A stretch of DNA of 51,185 bases, from the NCBI GenBank assembly GCA_017887695.1, contig JAGHHM010000071.1, positions 1-51,185 of the forward strand. The letters are read 5' to 3'. The stretch comes from Oscillospiraceae bacterium. Lineage in GTDB: Bacteria; Bacillota; Clostridia; Oscillospirales; Oscillospiraceae. The translations under genes were made by a program, and so were the position numbers. Positions 18,572 to 27,234 of the stretch are shown here, in pieces. How positions within the stretch are numbered: the first letter of the stretch is position 1; each line of letters begins with the position of its first letter. The notes beneath the pieces are model-generated. The model saw only the letters and a program-made list of their open reading frames with translations. It did not search any database and was not told the DNA's origin.

Positions 18572-20491
18572 CTATGAATTTTTTTCCATAAAGCGAATAA
18601 AGGCATCCTCAGGCATGGGACGAGCATAGTAAAATCCCTGGAGAAAATCAACGCCCAGGTCAGCGAGCTTTTGTGCCTGTTCCCCGGTTTCTATTCCTTC
18701 CGCCACGACCTCAAACCCAGTACGGTGAAACATATCGATCAGCATTTCTACTGACGTCCGATGCTTCTGATCTGTGTCCAGGTCCTGTATCAGGCTCTTA
18801 TCCAGCTTGATAGTTGTAAAGGGAAAGTGCAGTACACCTGAGAAATTGGAGTATCCTGTTCCAAAGTCATCCAGGAAAAATTGAAAATTCCCTTTGGACA
18901 GCTGCTCAAAATTCTCTCGTACAGAAAGGTCCTCGCTGATGAGCATCCGCTCGGTAATTTCCAGCAGCAAATGCTCCACAGGAATGTTCTTCTGCTTCAG
19001 CAAATCGGAAAGCTCTTGGGCAAAACGAGGATCACTGAGCTGGTTCATGGACAAGTTGATCGATACTCCCTGTAAAGTTCCAGGAAGACCTTTTTCCAAA
19101 AAGCTGCACACCTTCTCCATGACCTGGTGGTTGATTCCATCAATCAGTCCGCTCTCCTCGGAAAGAGGAACAAATTCCATAGGAGAAATGAACGTTCCAT
19201 CTTTCTCCTGCAAGCGGACCAGAGCTTCAGCGGAACAGAATTTCTGAGTTCGAACGCAAAAAACCGGTTGGTACCACACCTGGAATTGCTCTTCTGCGAT
19301 GGCTCTCTGAATAAAATCAGTCAAATACCGTCTCCGCCTCAGCTGCGCGGCTGCGGCGCGATCAAAACGAAAATACCTCTTTTGCCCCTGCTTGAGCAAT
19401 ACCTGACCATACTCCAGGCATTCCACCACCCAGGGTGTCGTCCAACTTTCGCCGTTGGTAATAAGGTCAAGCACCCTTGCTTCTACCGTACACAATCTCC
19501 CTCCCACCTGCCAAGGCTGTGAGAGCTGCTGCTGAATGACGGCAATATTGCACTCCGCCTCTTCATTCCCTTGATAAGGCAATGCCAGGAGAAATGTTAC
19601 CGGCCCAAAACGAAACACCTGTCCTTTGCGGCCAAAATTTCGCTCCAGACACCTGGCAATGTGATACAGGATTTCGTCTCCTCTTTGATAGCCATATGCG
19701 AGATTGATTGCACTGAAATGACACAATGAAACCAAAACAATCTGTACAGAATGTTTTTTTGCCATCACTTCTTCCAAGCCTGCCAGAAAGCTTCTGCGGT
19801 TATGCAGCCCGGTAAGAGGATCCATATCAATTTTCTCACTTTGAAAATTTAAAAAAAGCAAAATGGCCAGGCATACGCCGATAGTCCCGTTCAGCAGAAT
19901 ATGGGGATAGATCTGCTGAAATGTGATCAGAGCAAGCACCATAGGGACGCCCAGCCGCATTACTCGCCGCATCCCTTTATCAACGGTTCTGCGATTGCGG
20001 CAATAGCATACAAGCAAAAGCAGAATAGCTATTATCGCTTGCAGATATCCCACCCCATTTAATATTCCCCGGCAGTAGTGCATCTCTTCGTCAAAAAAGA
20101 AGAGAACGCCAGTAGGAATATTTATGAAGAGAAGCGCGAACAATGCTCCATACAGAATGCGGATGAAATAGCGGGCTCGGGTAAGGCACAAAGGCGTATC
20201 AGTATGGGCCATCAGCTTTTCCAAAAGGTAAAGGCTGAAAAGCTCGCACATCAGAAAGCTCGCTGCAAAATAAAGCGTATTCAGCAGCATGTTTATCCAT
20301 AAGGGTATCTCACTGCTGTACGGAAGAGTCAAAACGCACAGGCCGTTGAGCACCATGGACGCACCCGTTACTATCAGACACTGCCAGTACCGTCGGCCAA
20401 ACGGCGATTGGATGCGGAGTGGGTCATAATAGTGAACTATCAGCAGGACCAGCAGGATGAGAGAAAGAAATTCTGCCGCATAAGAAAACAT
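18572..20491 (-). CDS. membrane protein with degenerate GGDEF and intact EAL domain (putative c-di-GMP phosphodiesterase)
   Basis: ORF 18572..20491. About 6 N-terminal TM helices. The GGDEF position reads RFGPVTF and DxDxF reads SLCHFS (degenerate). EAL motifs are intact: EALVRL, EITE, DDFGTGYSN, AEGIE, QGFYYARP. Confidence 0.88.
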   Translation of the reverse strand: MFSYAAEFLSLILLVLLIVHYYDPLRIQSPFGRRYWQCLIVTGASMVLNGLCVLTLPYSSEIPLWINMLLNTLYFAASFLMCELFSLYLLEKLMAHTDTPLCLTRARYFIRILYGALFALLFINIPTGVLFFFDEEMHYCRGILNGVGYLQAIIAILLLLVCYCRNRRTVDKGMRRVMRLGVPMVLALITFQQIYPHILLNGTIGVCLAILLFLNFQSEKIDMDPLTGLHNRRSFLAGLEEVMAKKHSVQIVLVSLCHFSAINLAYGYQRGDEILYHIARCLERNFGRKGQVFRFGPVTFLLALPYQGNEEAECNIAVIQQQLSQPWQVGGRLCTVEARVLDLITNGESWTTPWVVECLEYGQVLLKQGQKRYFRFDRAAAAQLRRRRYLTDFIQRAIAEEQFQVWYQPVFCVRTQKFCSAEALVRLQEKDGTFISPMEFVPLSEESGLIDGINHQVMEKVCSFLEKGLPGTLQGVSINLSMNQLSDPRFAQELSDLLKQKNIPVEHLLLEITERMLISEDLSVRENFEQLSKGNFQFFLDDFGTGYSNFSGVLHFPFTTIKLDKSLIQDLDTDQKHRTSVEMLIDMFHRTGFEVVAEGIETGEQAQKLADLGVDFLQGFYYARPMPEDAFIRFMEKNS

Positions 20492-20524
20492 GCTTCTCTC
20501 GTTCCTTTCCGTGAATCAAAACTC

Positions 20525-20551
20525 ATGTTGGTTACAGCATGTAACCAACAT
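20525..20551. promoter_or_regulatory. perfect 12-bp inverted repeat (operator or 5'-terminal mRNA hairpin) upstream of the GGDEF/EAL gene
   Basis: ATGTTGGTTACA-gca-TGTAACCAACAT, 34-60 nt upstream of the start codon and immediately downstream of the candidate -10. Confidence 0.55.
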
Positions 20552-20558
20552 ATTCCCT

Positions 20559-20587
20559 AGTTTACGTTACACCTCCTCATTATTCAA
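20559..20587 (-). promoter_or_regulatory. candidate sigma-A promoter of the GGDEF/EAL gene
   Basis: On the minus strand: TTGAAT (20587-20582), 17-nt spacer, TAAACT (20564-20559). Confidence 0.45.
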
Positions 20588-20647
20588 CTACTTTTTTCAT
20601 TCTTAACGACAAAAATATATGTAAACTCGAGCATCATTAACTTGTTC

Positions 20648-20676
20648 TTGCTCCGGTTCATACCGCATGCTACAAT
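20648..20676 (+). promoter_or_regulatory. candidate sigma-A promoter of the thioesterase gene
   Basis: TTGCTC (20648-20653), 17-nt spacer, TGcTACAAT (TACAAT at 20671-20676). Confidence 0.5.
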
Positions 20677-20734
20677 ATACTCGATATAAATTTGTTTCGC
20701 CAAACAAATCCTTACAGAAAGGAGTCCCTGTCCT

Positions 20735-21133
20735 ATGCCTACATTGGACGAACTCAATCAGCGTTTCCGGCACGACTGCTTTGCCACTGCCGTTGTCGGC
20801 GCAAGTATCCTGGAAGCAGAACCGAGCCATGCTGTATGTCTGCTGCCGCTTCGCCCCGCTCACATGAATGCTAATAACACCCCTATGGGCGGCGCTATCT
20901 TTACTTTGGCCGATTTTGCGTTTGCCGTAGCCGCTAACGGCTTTAGCGAACGAGTCACTGTAAGCCAACACGCCTCCATTACCTTCCTGGCTCCCCCAAA
21001 AGGCACACAGCTGCGAGCGGAAGCAGCCTGCCTGAAGGCAGGACGTACCCTGTGCCTGTATGAGGTGAGAATTACTGACGATCTGGGCACACAGGTGGCC
21101 CATGTTACAGTCAACGGCTTTACCATGGGATGA
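20735..21133 (+). CDS. PaaI-family hotdog-fold acyl-CoA thioesterase
   Basis: ORF 20735..21133. The 132-aa size and the region NANNTPMGGAIFTLADFAFAVA are typical of PaaI/YdiI-type thioesterases. Confidence 0.8.
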   Translation: MPTLDELNQRFRHDCFATAVVGASILEAEPSHAVCLLPLRPAHMNANNTPMGGAIFTLADFAFAVAANGFSERVTVSQHASITFLAPPKGTQLRAEAACLKAGRTLCLYEVRITDDLGTQVAHVTVNGFTMG

Positions 21134-21159
21134 CGCCCTTCTTCGCAAGCCAACGGAAA

Positions 21160-21190
21160 GGCCGGCCCTATTAGGGCCGGCCCTATTTCT
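21160..21190 (+). terminator. intrinsic terminator after the thioesterase gene
   Basis: Stem GGCCGGCCCT / AGGGCCGGCC with a 3-nt loop, followed by CTATTTCTT. Confidence 0.7.
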
Positions 21191-21489
21191 TGCGGCTTAC
21201 CAAATAATGGTATCCATAATATCATGACTTTTACATACGACTTTTTCTGTAAAGCTTTTCCCCTTTTCTGTTTCTGTGCCGCAATCACTTATAGCCATGA
21301 TTGTTAGTGTCAGCAATATGCTCGCCGCTGCTTTCGTAATGACGCCCTTCCTTTGAGTGCTTTGCAATAAAGGTATCTCCGGGGCCCCTTAAATATCGGA
21401 ACAGCCCAGCATACAGGTCAATCTACACTTCCAAAGATCATCTCACTAAGAAGGCCCTAAAATTTTTCATTATTTTTTGAAAATTTCTG

Positions 21490-21518
21490 TTGACTTTAGT
21501 TGTTAAAAGTGGTAAAGT
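21490..21518 (+). promoter_or_regulatory. sigma-A promoter of T-box leader 1
   Basis: TTGACT (21490-21495), 17-nt spacer, TGgTAAAGT (TAAAGT at 21513-21518). Same architecture as the promoter at 25112-25140. Confidence 0.65.
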
Positions 21519-21524
21519 TCTCGC

Positions 21525-21809
21525 TGTAATCATGTTACCAATGCGATGAGGAAAACCAGTAGGTTCCCTTCCACCCCTTCAGAGAGCCGCCGGGTGGTGC
21601 AAGGCGGCGGGGCCGGGATCTGAATACCTTTCCGAGCAGCGGACCGAACCCGGGGGCCACTGGCCTGCCGTTGTAGTAGGCTCCGCCGGGTGCGCCCGAT
21701 ACAGCGCGGGAGCATGTCAGTGCTCCGCGAGGCCGCAAAAGCGGTAAATTGAGGTGGTACCACGGGAAATTCTCGTCCTCTGTGCAGTAAATGCGCAGAG
21801 GATTTTTTT
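21525..21809 (+). promoter_or_regulatory. T-box riboswitch leader 1, specifier read as UAC (Tyr)
   Basis: Stem I K-turn GCGAUGAG...CCGAGC, AGUA S-turn, AGAGAG bay, distal loop GGUGCAA. Specifier loop GAA-UAC-C (UAC at 21625-21627). T-box AAAUUGAGGUGGUACCACGGG (21746-21766). Terminator stem 21776-21786/21792-21802 plus U7, overlapping the 3' strand of the antiterminator. Confidence 0.88.
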
Positions 21810-21844
21810 GTGGCCCAATGAAGCAATACAGGAGGATGTACGGT

Positions 21845-23482
21845 ATGGTCATTACAGAATTATTGGAAAGAAACGCCAGGCTCTACAGCTCTGACACCGC
21901 CCTGGTGGAAATCAATCCCTCGGAGGAACGTGACAAGGCAGTTACTTGGCGTGAAGCTAGCCTTATTGAAAGCGCCCAGCCGGACGCACCTTACCGCCGT
22001 GAAATCAGTTGGCGTGATTTTGATCGACGGGCCAACCGCTTTGCTAACCTTCTTCTCAGCCGCAGCCTGGAGCGGGGTACTAAGGTAGGAATTCTGCTGA
22101 TGAACTGCCTGGAGTGGCTGCCCATCTATTTTGGCATCCTCAAAGCGGGCTGTGTGGCGGTGCCTCTGAATTTCCGCTACTCCAGCGATGAAATCAAATA
22201 CTGCCTGGAACTGGCAGACGTGGAAGTACTGGTGTTCGGGCCGGAGTTTGTGGGGCGGATGGACACAATTGCCCATAACCTGCCCCAGGTTAAGCAGATG
22301 TTCTTTGTAGGCCGGGATAAGCCTGCCTACGCCGAGGATTGCTGCAAGCTCATGGGCTTTTGCTCCTCCAGCGCACCGCCGGTAGCCCTGGAGGAAACCG
22401 ACTATGCCGCCATCTACTTCTCCTCCGGCACCACCGGCTTCCCCAAGGCTATTCTGCACAACCACTGTGCCCTCATCAACTCCTGCCGCACAGAACAGAA
22501 ACACCACGGCCAGACTCGGGAGGATGTATTCCTCTGTATTCCTCCCCTCTATCACACCGGCGCCAAGATGCACTGGTTCGGAAGCCTGATCTCCGGCAGC
22601 AAGGCGGTACTGCTGCGGGGCGTGAAGCCGGAGTGGATCCTCCGGGCCGTCACCGAAGAAAAGTGTACCATCGTATGGCTGCTGGTGCCCTGGGCTCAAG
22701 ATCTGCTGGATGCCATTGAGGCAGGCAAGGTTGATCTCAACAACTACCTTCTTGACCAGTGGCGCCTGATGCATATCGGCGCCCAGCCCGTACCCCCCAG
22801 CCTGATCCATCGTTGGCAGAAGCTCTTCCCCCACCATGCCTACGACACCAACTACGGCCTGAGCGAATCCATTGGTCCCGGCTGTGTACACCTGGGCGTG
22901 GAAAATATCCGCAAGGTCGGGGCCATCGGCAAGCCTGGTTACCTTTGGCAAGCCCGGATTGTCGACGACAAGGGCCGTGAAGTGCCTCAGGGCGATATCG
23001 GTGAGCTGATCGTCAGCGGCCCCGGTGTTATGCTCTGCTACTATAAGAATCCGGAGGCCACCGCGGAGATCCTGAAAAATGGTTGGCTCTACACCGGCGA
23101 TATGGCCCGGATGGACGAGGAAGGCTTTATCTATCTGGTAGACCGGAAGAAAGACGTGGTCATCTCCGGCGGCGAGAACCTCTATCCTGTCCAGATCGAG
23201 GACTTCCTGCGCAAGTACGACAAGATCAAGGATGTGGCCGTCATTGGCCTTCCCGACCCCCGGCTGGGCGAAATTGCCGCAGCCATTATCGAAATCAAAG
23301 ACGGCCTAACCTGTACTGCCGAAGAGATCAACCAGTTCTGTAAAGAGCTGCCCCGGTATAAGCGGCCCCGGAAGATCATCTTCGACAAGGTGCCTCGCAA
23401 TCCCACCGGTAAAATTGAAAAGCCGGTGCTGCGGGAGAAATACTGCCACGGCCGGCTGGTGGAAGCCCAGATCAACAGCTGA
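21845..23482 (+). CDS. AMP-dependent acyl-CoA synthetase/ligase (class I adenylate-forming enzyme)
   Basis: Frame of ORF 21791..23482. ATG at 21845 lies 9 nt after AGGAGG. Motifs SSGTTGFPKAILHNH, YGLSES, YTGDMARMDEEGFIYLVDRKKD and PTGKIEK. Substrate unknown. Confidence 0.88.
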   Translation: MVITELLERNARLYSSDTALVEINPSEERDKAVTWREASLIESAQPDAPYRREISWRDFDRRANRFANLLLSRSLERGTKVGILLMNCLEWLPIYFGILKAGCVAVPLNFRYSSDEIKYCLELADVEVLVFGPEFVGRMDTIAHNLPQVKQMFFVGRDKPAYAEDCCKLMGFCSSSAPPVALEETDYAAIYFSSGTTGFPKAILHNHCALINSCRTEQKHHGQTREDVFLCIPPLYHTGAKMHWFGSLISGSKAVLLRGVKPEWILRAVTEEKCTIVWLLVPWAQDLLDAIEAGKVDLNNYLLDQWRLMHIGAQPVPPSLIHRWQKLFPHHAYDTNYGLSESIGPGCVHLGVENIRKVGAIGKPGYLWQARIVDDKGREVPQGDIGELIVSGPGVMLCYYKNPEATAEILKNGWLYTGDMARMDEEGFIYLVDRKKDVVISGGENLYPVQIEDFLRKYDKIKDVAVIGLPDPRLGEIAAAIIEIKDGLTCTAEEINQFCKELPRYKRPRKIIFDKVPRNPTGKIEKPVLREKYCHGRLVEAQINS

Positions 23483-23517
23483 CGGTTTCCACGATTCTAC
23501 TGCTAAGGAGTTTTTTC

Positions 23518-25101
23518 ATGGGTGATATGACCATCAAGCTCGTAATGCTGTTTTTATTCTTTGCCGTTATGGTGGGCATTGGGCTCTATTGCCGCCGCCA
23601 TGCCTCCGACGTTACCGGGTTTGTGCTGGGCGGGCGGTCTGTTGGCCCCTGGCTCACTGCCTTTGCCTACGGCACCAGCTATTTTTCCGCCGTAGTCTTT
23701 GTGGGCTACGCCGGACAGTTTGGCTGGAAATACGGCATTGCGGCTACATGGGCCGGTATCGGCAATGCCCTTTTGGGTTCTCTGCTGGCCTGGGCGGTAC
23801 TGGGCCGCCGGACCCGGGTTATGACCCAGCATCTGGACAGCGCCACCATGCCGGAATTTTTCGGTCGGCGCTTCAACAGCCGCGCATTGAAGCTTACCGC
23901 CTCCGTTATTATTTTTATTTTTCTCATCCCCTACACTGCCTCTCTTTACAACGGCCTTTCCCGGCTCTTTGCCATGGCCTTTGACATCGACTACGCTATC
24001 TGCGTCATCGTTATGGCGGTGCTCACCGGAGTGTATGTTATCGCTGGCGGCTACATGGCCACCGCCATCAACGATTTTATCCAGGGTATTATCATGATCG
24101 TTGGCATCATCGCAGTGATCGGCGCAGTACTGGCTAACCACGGCGGCTTCCTCAGCGCTCTGGAAGGGCTGGCGCGAATCGAGGACGAGACAGTCTCTTC
24201 CGCCCCCGGCGTGTTTGCCTCCTTCTTTGGCCCGGATCCCCTGGGCCTTCTGGGGGTGGTGCTGCTGACCAGCCTGGGCACCTGGGGCCTTCCCCAGATG
24301 GTGCAAAAGTTCTACGCCATCAAAAGCGAAAAATCCATCAACACCGGTATGGTGATTTCCACCCTTTTTGCGGCTGTTGTGGCAGGCGGCTGCTACTTTT
24401 TGGGCGGCTTTGGAAGGCTCTATACCGGAAAGGTGGATGTAGTTGCCGAAGGGTATGACGCCATCATTCCCACTATGCTCTCAGATCTCTCCTCTTTCCT
24501 CATCGCGGTAGTGGTGATCCTGGTGCTGTCCGCCTCCATGTCTACCCTCAGCTCCCTGGTGCTGGCCTCCAGCTCCACCCTAACCCTTGATTTCATCAAG
24601 GACAATATGATCCGGGACATGGATGAAAAGCGGCAGGTTCGCTGGATCCGAGGTCTTGTGGTAGTCTTTATCGCTATCTCCGTAGTGCTGGCCATTATCC
24701 AGTACCGCTCCAGCGTCACCTTTATCGCCCAGCTCATGGGCATCAGCTGGGGCGCCCTGGCTGGCGCTTTCCTGGCGCCCTTCCTGTACGGCCTGTACTG
24801 GAAGCGTACGACCAAGGCCGCCTGCTGGGTCAGCTTCCTTTTCTCCACGATTGTTATGCTTTCCAATATTTTTGCCGGAGAATACTTCCCTTCCCTGCTG
24901 CGCTCCCCTATCAATGCAGGCGCTTTCTGTATGCTGGCAGGCCTGGTGATCGTACCGCTGGTGAGCCTTATAACAAAAGCTCCGGCGGCAGATCATGTGG
25001 ATCAAATTTTCTCCTGCTATGAACGCACTATCACAGTCACCGTAAAAGATTCCATCGGCAATCCGGAGAAACGCCCCCGGGCCTCCGGCAAGAAAAAATG
25101 A
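23518..25101 (+). CDS. sodium:solute symporter (SSS) family transporter
   Basis: ORF 23518..25101 after AAGGAG. About 13 TM helices. The N-terminal region GFVLGGRSVGPWLTAFAYGTSYFSAV is typical of PanF/PutP-like SSS proteins. Confidence 0.85.
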   Translation: MGDMTIKLVMLFLFFAVMVGIGLYCRRHASDVTGFVLGGRSVGPWLTAFAYGTSYFSAVVFVGYAGQFGWKYGIAATWAGIGNALLGSLLAWAVLGRRTRVMTQHLDSATMPEFFGRRFNSRALKLTASVIIFIFLIPYTASLYNGLSRLFAMAFDIDYAICVIVMAVLTGVYVIAGGYMATAINDFIQGIIMIVGIIAVIGAVLANHGGFLSALEGLARIEDETVSSAPGVFASFFGPDPLGLLGVVLLTSLGTWGLPQMVQKFYAIKSEKSINTGMVISTLFAAVVAGGCYFLGGFGRLYTGKVDVVAEGYDAIIPTMLSDLSSFLIAVVVILVLSASMSTLSSLVLASSSTLTLDFIKDNMIRDMDEKRQVRWIRGLVVVFIAISVVLAIIQYRSSVTFIAQLMGISWGALAGAFLAPFLYGLYWKRTTKAACWVSFLFSTIVMLSNIFAGEYFPSLLRSPINAGAFCMLAGLVIVPLVSLITKAPAADHVDQIFSCYERTITVTVKDSIGNPEKRPRASGKKK

Positions 25102-25111
25102 GAATTACCCA

Positions 25112-25140
25112 TTGACGGCAGCGGATAAAAGTGATAAAGT
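25112..25140 (+). promoter_or_regulatory. sigma-A promoter of T-box leader 2
   Basis: TTGACG (25112-25117), 17-nt spacer, TGaTAAAGT (TAAAGT at 25135-25140). Starts only 11 nt after the symporter stop, with no terminator in between. Confidence 0.65.
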
Positions 25141-25146
25141 GATTCC

Positions 25147-25416
25147 ATTGTGGATACCTGAAACGCAATGACGGAACCAAGTAGCGTGCCAATTGCTCCC
25201 TTCAGAGACCTGCCGGGCGGTGCGAGGCAGGAGAAGCAAGGCCCGTGAATTCCTTCCTGAGCGGCCTGCCGAACTCCAGTAAGCAGCGACGGGAGACGCC
25301 CGATACAGCGTCAGGGATATGTTCGTATCCCATGAGGCCGCATACGCGGTAAATTGAGGTGGTACCACGGGAAATTCCCCGTCCTCTGCAAGCTTTATTG
25401 CAGAGGACGGTTTTTT
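25147..25416 (+). promoter_or_regulatory. T-box riboswitch leader 2, specifier read as UUC (Phe)
   Basis: Stem I GCAAUGAC...CUGAGC, AGUA, AGAGA bay, distal loop GGUGCGA. Specifier loop GAA-UUC-C (UUC at 25250-25252). Same T-box sequence as leader 1, AAAUUGAGGUGGUACCACGGG (25351-25371). Terminator stem 25379-25390/25398-25410 plus U6. Confidence 0.88.
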
Positions 25417-25486
25417 ATTTTCCAAGGCTGTCAAAACAAAAGAAATCACCACCGTTTCCGGACGGTATGGATAAGGAGGATACCCT

Positions 25487-27229
25487 ATGAAAACCCTGAT
25501 GCTTGGCAACGAAGCAGTTGCCAGAGGCCTCTATGAGGCCGGCTGCTCCTTCGTCTCCAGCTACCCCGGCACCCCCAGCACGGAGATTACCGAGTGCGCC
25601 GCCAAATATCCTGAGATCTACGCCGAATGGGCCCCCAACGAGAAGGTGGCTATGGAGGCCGCCTTTGGCGCATGCCTTGCCGGCAAGCGCAGCTTCTGCG
25701 GCATGAAGCATGTGGGCCTTAATGTGGCCGCTGATCCCCTTTTCACCATCTCCTATACCGGCGTCAACGCCGGCATGATCATCGCTGTGGCAGATGACGC
25801 GGGCATGCACAGCTCCCAGAACGAGCAGGACTCCCGCCATTATGCCATGGCTGCCAAGATCCCCATGCTGGAGCCTGCCGACAGCGCAGAAGGCCTTCAG
25901 TTTGCCAAACTTGCTTATGAGCTCTCTGAAAAATTTGATACCCCGGTGCTGCTGAAGATGTGCACCCGGGTGGCCCACTCCCAGAGCGTGGTGGAGCCCG
26001 GAGAGCGGGTGGAGAGCCCTGCCAAGCCCTATGAGAAGAACGGTCCCAAGTACATCATGATGCCCGGCAACGCCAAGCGCCGCCACCCCGTAGTGGAGGA
26101 GCGCACCAACGCCCTCATCGCCTATGCGGAGACCACTCCCCTCAACCGGGTGGAAGATGGCTCCGACCATAAAATCGGCATTATTACCTCTTCCACCAGC
26201 TACCAGTACGTCAAGGAGGTCTGCGGCGACCGCTTCCCGGTGCTGAAGCTGGGCATGATCTGGCCCATGCCGGAAAAGCTCATCCGTGACTTTGCTGCCA
26301 AGGTGGATCTCCTGGTGGTGGTAGAGGAGCTGGACGGCTTCATCGAGGCCCACTGTCGAAACCTGGGCCTGGCCGTCAGCGGCAAGGACTACTTCTCCTG
26401 CATCGACGAACTGAGTCAGAACATCGTGGCAGAGAAGCTGGGGATCTCCCATGAGAACGGCACTGCCCTTCAGGAGAACATCCCCGCCCGGCCCCCGGTC
26501 ATGTGCGCCGGGTGCCCCCACCGTGGTCTCTTCTACACCTTGGCCAAGAACAAGCTCACCGTTCTGGGAGACATTGGCTGCTATACTCTGGGCGCTGTGC
26601 CCCCCCTGGCAGCCATCGACACCACCATCTGCATGGGTGCCTCTGTCTCCGGCCTTCACGGCTTCAACAAGGCTAGCGGTGGTGAAACTGAGGGCCGGTC
26701 TGTGGCAGTGATCGGCGACTCCACCTTCATGCATTCCGGCGTCACCGGCCTCATCAACATTGCCTACAACGAGTCCAATTCCACGGTCATTATCCTGGAC
26801 AACTCTATCACCGGCATGACCGGCCACCAGCAGAACCCCACCACCGGCTTCAACCTCAAGGGCGATCCTTGCACCAAGATCGACCTGGAGAGCCTGTGCC
26901 GCAGCGTGGGCATCAAGCGTGTCCGGGTGGTGGATCCCTACAACCTGGCGGAGTGCGACCAGGCGGTAAAGGAGGAGCTGGCGGCAGCGGAGCCTTCCGT
27001 GATCATCTCCCGCCGGCCCTGCGCCCTTCTCAAATATGTTAAGCACAAGGCGCCTCTGGTGGCCAACCATGACAAGTGTGTAGGCTGCAAGTCCTGCATG
27101 CGCATCGGCTGCCCCGCCATCTCCATTGTGGATGGTAAGGCGGTCATCGACAATACCCTGTGCGTGGGCTGCGGCGTATGTCAGCAGCTGTGCAAGTTCG
27201 ACGCTCTGGAAAGCGGCAAGGAGGCCTGA
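25487..27229 (+). CDS. iorA: indolepyruvate (arylpyruvate):ferredoxin oxidoreductase, alpha subunit
   Basis: ORF 25487..27229 after AAGGAGG. IorA-type N-terminus MLGNEAVARGLYEAG..SSYPGTPSTEI, a TPP-binding region, and two C-terminal ferredoxin-type clusters (CVGCKSCMRIGCP, CVGCGVCQQLC). Confidence 0.92.
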   Translation: MKTLMLGNEAVARGLYEAGCSFVSSYPGTPSTEITECAAKYPEIYAEWAPNEKVAMEAAFGACLAGKRSFCGMKHVGLNVAADPLFTISYTGVNAGMIIAVADDAGMHSSQNEQDSRHYAMAAKIPMLEPADSAEGLQFAKLAYELSEKFDTPVLLKMCTRVAHSQSVVEPGERVESPAKPYEKNGPKYIMMPGNAKRRHPVVEERTNALIAYAETTPLNRVEDGSDHKIGIITSSTSYQYVKEVCGDRFPVLKLGMIWPMPEKLIRDFAAKVDLLVVVEELDGFIEAHCRNLGLAVSGKDYFSCIDELSQNIVAEKLGISHENGTALQENIPARPPVMCAGCPHRGLFYTLAKNKLTVLGDIGCYTLGAVPPLAAIDTTICMGASVSGLHGFNKASGGETEGRSVAVIGDSTFMHSGVTGLINIAYNESNSTVIILDNSITGMTGHQQNPTTGFNLKGDPCTKIDLESLCRSVGIKRVRVVDPYNLAECDQAVKEELAAAEPSVIISRRPCALLKYVKHKAPLVANHDKCVGCKSCMRIGCPAISIVDGKAVIDNTLCVGCGVCQQLCKFDALESGKEA

Positions 27230-27234
27230 GAGAT

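Noticed and set aside
18351-18629. 92-aa plus-strand ORF spanning the 18.3-18.6 kb gap
   Set aside because: It has no RBS, crosses the terminator hairpin and overlaps the end of the GGDEF/EAL gene. The shorter 28-codon ORF with an RBS is the better, though still weak, candidate.
21622-21628. Alternative specifier registers in the T-box leaders (AUA/AUU for Ile, or ACC/UCC for Thr/Ser)
   Set aside because: The GAA-NNN register matches the usual S-turn/specifier geometry. UAC and UUC are the canonical Tyr and Phe specifiers and fit the downstream aromatic chemistry. The UGGU bulge (A73) argues against Ser. The register remains an inference because the residue following the codon is C, not a purine.
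25415-27070. 551-aa minus-strand ORF antisense to iorA, running over T-box leader 2
   Set aside because: Antisense shadow ORF. It would have to read through a terminator hairpin, and its composition is low-complexity (Gly/Ala/His/Leu-rich).
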